From contig JAUCBJ010008167.1 of NCBI GenBank assembly GCA_032718475.1, positions 1 through 64,000 on the forward strand: a stretch of 64,000 nucleotides of DNA. The letters run 5' to 3'. A model generated the notes under the pieces. The model was not told the origin of the DNA. It saw only the letters and a list, made by a program, of their open reading frames with translations, and did not search any database. Below are positions 22,601 to 31,814 of the stretch, piece after piece. The number at the start of each line of letters is the position of its first letter. Positions within the stretch are counted from its first letter, which is position 1. Position numbers and translations under genes: made by a program. The DNA comes from Nemertoderma westbladi. Lineage: Eukaryota > Animalia > Xenacoelomorpha.

Positions 22601-24418
22601 GAAGTCGGTACTGAGTTGCTGTCTAGTCTGTTTTATCCCAATGGGCGCAGATACCCTACTACCGTCCGAGAATTGTCGTGTTTCCGTCGGTGTGGCGTAA
22701 GTGGCCGTCTTGGTGGATGTTGTCTGGGGTTTTTGTCGGTTTGAGGATGGCAAGGTGATTCCTTCTGCTACGATGTGCTGGTCAGTGTAGTTGGATCGAG
22801 TTTCTACCACTGCTTCCCTGGATATCAAAAGGTACACATCTTCCAGTTTTAAGAATCCACCCCGCTCTTCCCGCTGGTATTCGATCTTCCTCCACTCCCG
22901 ACGAAGTCGATGGTGGAGTCGTCCTATGATCTTTAATAGGACTGTAGGGGTATTCCCATAGTCAAGTTGTCCAATGGATCTCAAAGTAGTGATAGCGTTC
23001 TTTATTTCGTCAGCCAGTTTCAATAAGTCGACGGGTTTAGTAATAGCCCCTCCCTTACAGAGTTCCTCTATCACTGACCTGGCCATGCTGACTGTACCTC
23101 CGTATATCGAAGTTAAACGATCGTACGCTAGTTCGAAGGCGTCCGGTACACCAACGAAGGTCTCCGCCAAACGTTTAGGTTCTCCCGACAACGTTTGAAG
23201 CAGGTAATTAAACTTCTCCCGTGATGTAAAGGCGCACACGGCGATCTGAGATTCGATATAGTCTACGAAAGTGTGCCAGTGTTTTGAGCTACCGGAAAAC
23301 TTAGGTGGTTGTTGCACCGGTAGTCCTTGTCTAGCTGCGAATTTCGCTATCTCCTCGGCAACGTTCAGAGTTTCGCGTCCTTGGTTGGTAATCTGGTTGA
23401 TGTCCCTTCTTGGCGCTTTTCCCTGATACGAAGTATTGGTCGATGGTATTTGTCTTTGCGGAATCTTTGGGTTTCTATTGTGTTCGAATTCGGAATTTCT
23501 CGGACTGTCGGTGTGAACTTCCTCCAAGCGTTCCTCGATCTGAGCCAACTTGTTAACAACTGGTCGCAGGATGTCGGCGAACTGTTGTGTACTGATTGCA
23601 TCCGTTGGTTGTAACGCCTTCTGTGTTGGTGTATTCTGTGGAGGATTGTCGATAAATGAATTATCCGAACGCTCACGTTTACATTCGTCGGCCGCTCCTG
23701 TTCTAAATACCTCGCGTTCCGGGTAATCCGACTCGCTTGAAGTACTACTGTCGCCTGGATACGGTGGTCGACGTGCTCGTGTCCGTTGCGTCGTCCGAAT
23801 TCTAACGTTTCGCTTTGGAACATCGTCCACTGGTCTCCGTTGTTCGGTAGGCTCACAAGTCTTCCTCGAAGTCGTAGATTGCGATGTAAACTGGTTGAAC
23901 GGTCGCGTATCCACTGGTCTCCGTTGTTCGGTAGGCTCACAAGTCTTCCTCGAAGTCGTAGATTGCGATGTAAACTGGTTGAACGGTCGCGTATCCACTG
24001 GTCTCCGTTGTTCGGTAGGCTCACAAGTCTTCCTCGAAGTCGTAGATTGCGATGTAAACTGGTTGAACGGTGGTCGGACGACAGCTTTTGAATCCAAAGG
24101 CCTTGTAGGCCTAAACGTCATTGGGTATTCGTAGTGCGTAACTGGTTTAGGTGTCAAAGGTGGACTCACCTGTTTTGTCGTTAGTAGTGCAGGTCCAGTC
24201 AACAAACTACTACGATCTGTAATCGGTGGGTTACTTACCTTGACTTTCAAAATAGGCGACGACGTTGCTCTTGACGGTATGAATTTGTCTGGAATAACCA
24301 ACCTGTGTTCCGTCGCACCATGGATAGGAGAAATATCACTACTACCCGCAATCGAAACAGGTTCCTTAGTCATAATTGGTGCAAACATAGGAGTTACTTG
24401 TGGGAATCGTTGACACAA
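19643..24418 (-). CDS. Bel/Pao gag-pol: gag, zinc knuckles, aspartic protease, RT, RNase H
   Basis: PPKFSG..KFNYL (DUF1759-like), CWRCTRHGHVRKDC/CPSCGRNHDGLLH, ILDSAS, YYLPHH..KVRVVND..DVEAMFHQV..FYVDD, LHCFSDAS..PRAELQA..WTDAT. Confidence 0.97.
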   Translation of the reverse strand: MCQRFPQVTPMFAPIMTKEPVSIAGSSDISPIHGATEHRLVIPDKFIPSRATSSPILKVKVSNPPITDRSSLLTGPALLTTKQVSPPLTPKPVTHYEYPMTFRPTRPLDSKAVVRPPFNQFTSQSTTSRKTCEPTEQRRPVDTRPFNQFTSQSTTSRKTCEPTEQRRPVDTRPFNQFTSQSTTSRKTCEPTEQRRPVDDVPKRNVRIRTTQRTRARRPPYPGDSSTSSESDYPEREVFRTGAADECKRERSDNSFIDNPPQNTPTQKALQPTDAISTQQFADILRPVVNKLAQIEERLEEVHTDSPRNSEFEHNRNPKIPQRQIPSTNTSYQGKAPRRDINQITNQGRETLNVAEEIAKFAARQGLPVQQPPKFSGSSKHWHTFVDYIESQIAVCAFTSREKFNYLLQTLSGEPKRLAETFVGVPDAFELAYDRLTSIYGGTVSMARSVIEELCKGGAITKPVDLLKLADEIKNAITTLRSIGQLDYGNTPTVLLKIIGRLHHRLRREWRKIEYQREERGGFLKLEDVYLLISREAVVETRSNYTDQHIVAEGITLPSSNRQKPQTTSTKTATYATPTETRQFSDGSRVSAPIGIKQTRQQLSTDFSGCQYCEHLGKRYIGHKLRGCQQFRELNSEERRLQIRPLDSCWRCTRHGHVRKDCPNTDTCPSCGRNHDGLLHTDSHTPTKRFAREHPEAAAKCNTAYKNRESKTTPTFVTHIKDCFSEQSGSSDEESEDDDVYSDGDEQPSIVLLTTDQLKGFSVIPIKITGTKGCKRIYAILDSASSHSYVDEQIADVVTDLRQGKRVSYTVSSMHGQLAIPVTRVKLNLDTLLPKSQHSEKERSLLPFKDLTFAATKDFSNLLGPVPEQSLEDRKYFRHLGVPECPVNYRSVAMLIGTDQFNLHQVWETRPSAVIVGNAYACRTPIGWYTRAPVRTLDISDEEDDVQSTCSLLTTNSIHSFSHDVDHTTLHSTKHDRRVTSMISHKEQLIHQVSLELGEKTSQPEIPSTTDDNAGRLVSLPTQITSTMPVDIDDDALRNHQVEQAVLDKELTEKTIRWLEQDTAEPGSYEPCMSEQEKQSLRIMEDTIRQTEDGHYEVGMLWRDQRPKLINNYPLALRRLHSIRQRLLKDEKAHLQYNTQMETYLSKGYAIRMTNPEIVTDQTYYLPHHYVRHPDKPDKVRVVNDCAALFEGMSLNSELMDGQNMNNYLMGVIMRFRQRQVAFTCDVEAMFHQVRALERDRDSLRFLWYPEGDLSLPPATYQMQVRVFGARDSPNCTMYALKQAARDQKHMYDPEIIKIVERDFYVDDGLQSCDTVERATTVAHQLRDCLAGGGFNLTKFASNSAELVDSFGTTERGGGDIDLEFEPLPTTKVLGLFWDPNTDNFRVKVRLDSQENTLTKRSCLSKLRRLFDPLGFISPIILQARIYMRSIWKDGLTWDEPISSDQVDLWKTWEAELSSLEDYSIPRVYFPLQTTFPDNLELHCFSDASDNGFGVAAYLRRQVDSEEFDVSLITSKAKTMPTKYMTTPRAELQAAALSTTIVNLIQTELQSSLQIFYWTDATLVLFYINNDTLEFKTFVANRRAEILDRSIK
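23826..24071 (-). repeat. 84-bp in-frame tandem repeat x3 in gag
   Basis: PFNQFTSQSTTSRKTCEPTEQRRPVD x3; period 84. Confidence 0.95.
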
Positions 24419-25650
24419 TCTTTTACTAATTGTCGTTCCCGTCCGGGTGCTCCTACGCTTCCTTCCTTCTTCCGTTCCTGAATTTGGCGATGTCTTACCT
24501 CTATCTGGTCCAAGTCATGTCCGTCTCGAGATCTCATTGATCGATCGCGGGCCTTTTGATCCAGATCTTCCTCGGCGTTCGCTAATTCTCTCGCCTTCTT
24601 CTCGAGTTCGAAATGAAGTTTAGCTGTCTTCTCTCGTTGTTCCGTTTGTTGTCGTTGCGCCTCAAACTCCGCTTGTCGTATAGCGGATTGAGCTTTTATT
24701 TGCCGTGTTTTCATTTCGGCCCGTGCTTCCGAAACTAACCTTTCTCGCTTTAATTCTGCCGTTTGTCGCTCTAATTCTGCCGCTGCCGTTTGTCGCTCTA
24801 ATTCTGCCGCTGCCGTTTGTCGCTCTAATTCTGCCGCTGCGTTTCGTTGCGCTAAATCAGCCGCTGCCGTTCGTTGGGCAATGTCTACCTCTAACCTTTC
24901 TACTTCAGCTGCTTCTAATTCAGCTTGTTCCTGTAGATGAGAGATTCTCGCTACGTTCGCAACGCGTAGCTTCTCTTCCTCTACTGCTGCCTGCATCACT
25001 AGAAGTTGAGCTTGTTCCTCCATTTCTCGTCGTTGTCGGTAGAATTCTTGCTGTTGTCGAGCAACTTCTGACGTGACCATACTTCCCTCGCCGATTTCGC
25101 TACGAATACTTACCAACGATTGATTTAGTATTCCTGGTACTAGTTCGATTTGTGCGAGTGAAGTTTCCCTCGTATATTCCGGCACGGTTTCCAAATCGCC
25201 GACGTCTTCGCCGCACATACGTAAGTGGTCCGTCAGATGTTTCAATTGTCCATCTAGTCGGTACAGTTCCTGTTCTTCCTCGGGCTGCAATAATTCGTCC
25301 GAAACTGACTCACCTAACAACTGGTCCGCTTGTTCCTGTTGTATCTGCCTAATCGTCGACTTAAACTGAATCAGTTTCTCTCTAGCGATCATTAGTTTCT
25401 CGAGGATTCTAAGTTGTGTGTCCATATCCTGTCTCTGTCTAGCTAGATCTTGTAGACTGATAAGGTTATCTACGGACTTATGTACTCTACTTTGTACTCT
25501 AACCTGGAGGGTGTAGAACTCAAACCGAGACATCGGAGCGGTCAACTCGTCTAATATGCGTTGGCCTTCTCCAATACTCCTGGTAATATGCGCCATGTAA
25601 CCGCCGACGCTTCTAACCACACTCTCCTGGCTTCCTGCTGAACTTACCAT
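24394..25650 (-). CDS. gag N-terminal coiled-coil region (frameshifted relative to the main gag-pol ORF)
   Basis: E/Q/R/A-rich helical 418 aa including 27-bp TAAAELERQ repeats (~24745-24870). Overlaps the next ORF in the -1 frame. Confidence 0.8.
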   Translation of the reverse strand: MVSSAGSQESVVRSVGGYMAHITRSIGEGQRILDELTAPMSRFEFYTLQVRVQSRVHKSVDNLISLQDLARQRQDMDTQLRILEKLMIAREKLIQFKSTIRQIQQEQADQLLGESVSDELLQPEEEQELYRLDGQLKHLTDHLRMCGEDVGDLETVPEYTRETSLAQIELVPGILNQSLVSIRSEIGEGSMVTSEVARQQQEFYRQRREMEEQAQLLVMQAAVEEEKLRVANVARISHLQEQAELEAAEVERLEVDIAQRTAAADLAQRNAAAELERQTAAAELERQTAAAELERQTAELKRERLVSEARAEMKTRQIKAQSAIRQAEFEAQRQQTEQREKTAKLHFELEKKARELANAEEDLDQKARDRSMRSRDGHDLDQIEVRHRQIQERKKEGSVGAPGRERQLVKDCVNDSHK

Positions 25651-26766
25651 GTCCGTTTCCCTGTATCTAGGTTGCGGAACAGTTAGAAAGTCCTCGGTCC
25701 TGCCGTCGCCTCGTACTACGGCATCCGGTACTCCCGTTGGATGTACTGGTGACGCACACGGTGTAGGTTCGGTAGGCTCGCGAGTCTTCCCCTGTAGATC
25801 TTCCGCTGCTGACTAATCCGCGTCACATGAGTCATAGTCGGTAGGTGTATTCTTCGTATAGTCTTGTTTGTCACTCATTTCGGTAGTTGTAAGTCAAGTA
25901 AAGTGAGTGTCAAAGTATCAAACTTACCGTATTTTATCTAAACGGTACTAATTACAGTCATATAAAATTAGCCTACCGGCCGATTTTATAGCAGATGGAT
26001 AAAATTAGCCTAAACGGCCAATTTTACAGCAAATAAATGTCACGGTATAAGTATATAATAAAATTAGCCTAGCGGCCAATTTTATAACAAATAAATCGGA
26101 TAACGATATGCGTTATCAAAAGGTAAATAAAATACAATAATACGGACTAATTCAGCAATGAACAAAGAAATCGTACGGAATGCATAAATACTTGAGACAG
26201 TGGAACCCACAATAATTTTAACTAATACGGTAATGCCTAACTTATGTATGCAACTTTTCGAATTCACCCACTCCAATAATTCTCCAGAAAAACAGATTCC
26301 CAGATACAAACCGGACGTGAACCTTTCCGTTTTTAACGTTGCGGACGAAGCGCGATTTTCCCAACCAAAGTTGTTGAGTTATCTATCTCCCAAACTTGCT
26401 AAACACGGTCTTGCTCCCGTTACAGTCTAGAAATGAGTTCTGAATCCTGAAAAACAAAAGAGTTAGGTTTTACTTTTACGAAAATTTTTGTACCGGTACA
26501 ATATGGTATTTAAACCCTTTTAAACACCGGTATTCAATTCCAAAAAATATTTTACACGCGGTTCAAATCAAATTTTATTTCAAAAAAAAATTAGCACTTA
26601 GCTAATCAAATATAAATTTTTACCTCAAAATACAAAATTTTCAAATAACTTTAGTCCTACCGAACCGTAGTTCAGTAAAACATATTCCTACTATTTTAGG
26701 AAATATGTTAAATAATACCATATTCCTACTATTATAGGAAATATGTTAAAATAATCATATTCCTAC

Positions 26767-28679
26767 TATTAGAAGAGACAGTAACAATACCTGCAATATC
26801 CTACTGTAAAGTTTGTGAATCAAATAATAAATCCGGCCTTCTCACCAAAACAGTAAACTCTAAGTAAGCGAATATATTGCAGTATCGATCTCTTATAACC
26901 GGTGAGGCAGAAAACAGTCTACGAGCAGACAAACTTCGATAAAACAAAATCCCGCGCAGCGAATCCTAAAATCAGGCTGACTCACTGACGGACTAAGGGG
27001 CTCGTATACTTTGCCGCGGTGTGATTTATATGGTTGGGCTAAAGAGACGCTAGCTAGGTACAGAGGCAGAGATTTGGAGATGTCTAACTAGCGGGCAAAG
27101 CGCAGTACGGACAAAAGTTAATTTTATATATTTTGAGGTGTAAATAATTTCTAACGCGCGTGTGTGATTCTGAACAGTCAAAGCAGTTTTGCTCCTTCAT
27201 ATATATAATTACTGGGTACGGTGTACATTTTACGAATATTCTAATTTTGTAACTTGTAGGTCCAATACTCACGAATGATAAGGTTCCTTCCCCTCTTGCG
27301 TATTTCCAGGACTCAAATTCAGGCATAAGGTTAATGCTACGCCCAGAATTCGGCAATTTTAATTTACCAGGCCCCTAATACTAAGAAGAAATGTGTTAGT
27401 TTACTACAGTAGGCGTACGGTTACAAATAGCTATCCTGGCTCTTATCTAGAATTTTAGTCACCTAGGTAGGCTGGGTAACTTCCTATCAGGACGTTGGCG
27501 GGGACACGGTAGATGTTAGTATATCCCTAATAGCCTCAATTTATTTGCGCCTAGTCGTAAACTGCCCTACCGCCTGAACGGTACAATCCTAATTCAGGTG
27601 AAACACAGCAACCCTCCTAGCCTACAAGTTCTAATGCAATGGATACCGTTGTACTACAAATAGTCGCAGACGCACCTGTACTTAGCAAGAGTTAGGCGTA
27701 CAGTTTGCTGCACCCTACCAATGTGTATGCTTTGTACCGGTGTGCCTACGTCCTATCTGCGTACTAGTATCTGCCTGCTCTTTCCCTCCCCCCGTAGGAA
27801 TATGAAGGTCTACTGCGGTTTTTTCCTGAATTAAAACAGTACAGTCCCTAAGATGTAATTTTAGGCGTACAGCGTGTCACTACTTCTACCTTTGATCTTT
27901 GGTCTTACGCTTAGGTAGCAAGGCGTCGAACGCTGTCTAACCTTTCAGGCGATGGGCGAATAACTGAGATGGTATTGCGGGTTGTCTCCTGTCTACATTC
28001 CCTTGATGTTCCCGTTCATTGCTGCGGCCCGATCTCTAGCCGGCCATCCTGTTCCTAAGTGTGTTCACCATAGTGAATCATGGTGAAAAGAAAAGCAGGT
28101 AGCGGTATTTCTGAATTTATTGCAGATAATAATACAAAATGTAATCTGAAAACTAATGACAGAATAAACAAATATCAGATAACTCAGAATAATTGTGAGA
28201 GATAGATATACTGAAGATTGAGAAGTGAACTAATGAACGAAATCGCACCTTTTATACCAAATTTGTGCCGCAATCAATCGAGAAAATTCTCGATTGTTCT
28301 ATAGGTTCTAACAGGTTTTTAAAGGTAGCTATTGGTCCAGCTAATATATAACTTGCACGACATTGGTTACAATCTAATAACTGCAGTCTCATTGGTTAAT
28401 CTAGGTACAGACAAATGCAATTTAATTTGTAGCGGTCAATTTAAATGAGTTGAAATTCTGTACAAAAAATAATTCGCACTTACTAGGATTCGAACTCAAT
28501 ACCTACTACACATATAATTTCCAACGCTCTACCGACTGAGCTACTGAACCACTTGACTAAAGATCGTACAATAGATATAACAAATACAAATGAGGACTCA
28601 AAGCAATCTTTTAGCAAAGTTAATTCGAATAAAAATAAAATTTTGAAAATCCACGGCATTTAGGGAATATAATTCTATA
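26767..28679 (-). repeat. 5' LTR of element B
   Basis: Copy of 9855..11767; begins TATAGAATT and ends CTTCTAATA on the minus strand. Confidence 0.95.
28116..28400 (-). promoter_or_regulatory. LTR Pol II promoter and polyadenylation signal
   Basis: Two CCAAT boxes, TATAAAAG (28249-28256), Inr-like TTAGTT just downstream, AATAAA (28116-28121). All are kept in the solo LTR. Confidence 0.6.
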
Positions 28680-29799
28680 GGTAGACTTAATGGAACATTT
28701 CACAAACTTTCGTTGGAGGCTTGTACGTACATTATATTGGTTTCATCCGATGTTTTTATTAGGCTAACTAAGAATTTATTCGGTAGAAATAATTAATGTT
28801 CTTTATTTTATTTATTTAATACAGTAAGACCACTTCGCAGAATAAACTGCTCTTAGTGTCCATTACCCAGGTTGCGGATAGGGATAATATTACACACATC
28901 GCAGTAATTGTGATTATGATTTGTTTGCCTAGGCGAATGTGTTTTACATTAGATGGGAGGCAGTTTGTTTGGTTGATGCAGGTCATCTTGTTCAAGCCAT
29001 CTTGTTGGCGTTCTAGTATTCTATAGTTTTTTTATTCATCAAGATCAACGAGATTCCGCGAATATATCCATAGAGACCAACTTAATTGTTTTCATTTCTT
29101 GTTGGACTCTCTTGGTTTGGTACAAGTCTACTATAAAAAGGCAGCAAGCTGGCTGGAAGTTGCCCGATCGAAGAATCCTAGCCAAGCCTATTACAAATGA
29201 ACTAAGTCAGGTTAGGCCTACCTCCACAGCAGCATACTTAGCGGTTGGCGGGTTTTTAGCTTTAAGAGGAAATGTCGTTAGTAATAACAAGAAAATATCA
29301 GAAATTGCTTTCACAGGTATTGGAGGCTCATTATTCAATGCAGGCATGTGAAATGGCGGAATCCAAACCAATATATGTTTGTCCACATCTAACTCATAAA
29401 ATAATTACATATTATAAGGTATATCTTAATTATTCTACATCTGAATAGTAATATGGGATCTGAAGTTAAGTGTAAGCTGAAGCTATTGGCTAATTTGTGA
29501 TAAAAGTGGTTTCTGGTGGCCTTTTTGTCCTTTACGTTGATGGCGGCACTTAATAATTGACATACTACAGTAAGTAATAATTGCGGTAGCCTATGCAAAT
29601 ATCGCTTATGGTCAAAGGTTCCACATGGGTCTAAAAATCCACTGGGTCAGAGCTTCAACAACTAGGTTAAAGCTTACACAAATGCATTCACAAATGCCAA
29701 AAACACATTCAGCACCTTCGTGCTACTATTGTACGTTTTCTGTTTTACAGTGACTATGTTCAACGCATGTCCTATCATCATAATGATGATGGGAGGATG

Positions 29800-30500
29800 G
29801 TAACTCCACCTACTCGCTCCAGAAGTCGAAGAAATCCTGTCAAGTACCTAACTGATCTAGACTTTGCTGATGATCTACTTTGATGCTTTACTCTCAGAAT
29901 CACTAAAGGGAGCCCAATGGCTCGTCAGCTCATTAGAACAGGCTGCCTCTAGTGCCCGTCGATTTATTAACTCCACAAAGATAAAAATTTTGACAGTTAA
30001 CTTTGAAAGTCCTCAACCAATCTCTGATCGGATAAGTATAAGCTCAAAGGATGGTATAATTGAGCATGTGGACGACTTCTGTTAGCTGGGATCATGGATC
30101 CGGAAGCATAGAATACGTAATTGAAAGGCATGGATCAGTCGCATTGAATGGGCTTTCCAGGATTTGGAAGTCCCACAGAATTCATCAGAAACTTAAGGTC
30201 CGATTATTTAGAGCAGCAGTAGTTCCAGTACTCCTCTATGAGAGTCCTTCCTTGGCTCTAAATGTTGAGGACACCAAATCTCTGTATGGCACTGTGTCAA
30301 GTACAATACACACATCCCCAACCAGAGACTACATAACATTGGAGGTATCTCATTGGTTCCATCAAGCTTCACACTAGAACAAAGTCGCCTCTGCTTTGCA
30401 GGATGAGGATCAGCCTGTGCACAAACTTGTGCTTTGGCAGCCCCATGGAGAAAATAATCATGGTGGACAGCCCTTCACTTTCGTGAAACGCCTCGTAAAG
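29800..30500 (+). pseudogene. Decayed RTE-like LINE RT C-terminal fragment
   Basis: YLTDLDFADD, KVRLFRAAVVPVLLY, LVLWQPHG; same family as 49100-49850. Confidence 0.85.
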
Positions 30501-31010
30501 AATAGTAGAGTAATATATTAGAGTAGTAGCATATTAGTAGTTTTACAGTATGTTAACTGCTTTGGTTTACACCCCGTCAGCGACTGTAAATCCAAACACC
30601 AATGTTGTAACTGCATCATGATAAGCATCATCATACACTAATGTGTTTCTCCAAGTCTTCACTTCATGATTGAACTAACAGGGGTCATTCTGTGAAACTA
30701 GCTAGTGCATATCTAACTTCACCCAGGTATACACCAGAATACCACTGGTATACACCACTGGATACCTTGATTGTGGATCCAAAATGGTTCTACATTAAAA
30801 TTATTTTGTTCATGACTACAAGTTGCCATGTCTTAAAACATGTACAATGACTGCAGATTCATTTGATGATTCAATGACCACTGAGGAACGCTTTCTGGTC
30901 CAGTTTTACTTATTCAGACAGTATTTATCAGAATCTGTTACTCTTACATCATAGAATGGACTGCAGAAAAACCTTAATGAAAATTACCATGCGACTGTCT
31001 TACCAAGTGA

Positions 31011-31285
31011 CAATAATATCTGTCCACTCTGCCTCCCACCATCGCCAACCAATAATATCTGTCCACTCTGCCTCCCACCATCATCGCCAACCAATAATAT
31101 CTGTCCACTCTGCCTCCCACCATCGCCAACCAATAATATCTGTCCACTCTGCCTCCCACCATCGCCAACCAATAATATCTGTCCACTCTGCCTCCCACCA
31201 TCACCAACCAATAATATCTGTCCACTCTGCCTCCCACCATCGCCAACCAATAATATCTGTCCACTCTGCCTCCCACCATCGCCAA
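31011..31285. repeat. 39-bp minisatellite, ~7 copies
   Basis: Unit ccaataatatctgtccactctgcctcccaccatcgccaa, head-to-tail with no spacers. Confidence 0.95.
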
Positions 31286-31814
31286 CATTGGTCACTGGGC
31301 TGATACTTTAGTTGGTGGAGAACGGGATATTGCTCTTATTATTATCCCTAAATTGACCGACCCAAATTTATCCGACCAAATTTGGAATGTTACAGATCAC
31401 ACTGTTGGTTATTCAGATTGACCTATAGTTGTTGAAATTTACTTTGATCATATTTTCCAGGACCTTATTATAGTCAACATAATGTTGTGACCTCGCTGAT
31501 CTTAAACAAACATAGGATTTTGACTCGAGTTCAGGATGTTTCCCCTCCTGAACTTCCTCTACCAACCCATTCCCCTGATCACTAACAAATTGGTTTAGAT
31601 CTGGAGTTTTCCTGCCCCATAATATTATAAAAACTGAGATTGTTGAGAATCTTATCAATATATTTCTGCTGCAAGGGCCATCCATCTTCAGTAACGAAAC
31701 AATATAAACAAATACAAAATAAAGTTATATTATTTACGTAGTTACAAATACCAAAACTAACAATTTAAATTAAATATTAATTAGGCCTGCCACAACTGCA
31801 CCAATAATGTCTGC

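Larger units (their letters stand above)
9855..28679 (-). mobile_element. Element B: full-length 18.8-kb Bel/Pao LTR retrotransposon with accessory ORF
   Basis: Two 1913-bp direct LTRs with about 11 substitutions counted by eye (~99.4% identical). 5-bp TSD GGTAG at 9850-9854 and 28680-28684. Domain order gag-PR-RT-RNaseH-IN, as in Bel/Pao. Confidence 0.97.

Noticed and set aside
24394-24520. Programmed -1 frameshift in gag
   Set aside because: The frames overlap but I see no X XXY YYZ slippery heptamer, and Bel/Pao gag-pol is usually one ORF. Treated as an indel pending other copies.
31011-31285. CRISPR array or repeat-protein ORFs
   Set aside because: Head-to-tail units without unique spacers, no cas genes, eukaryotic context; the ORFs are artefacts of a 39-bp stop-free unit.
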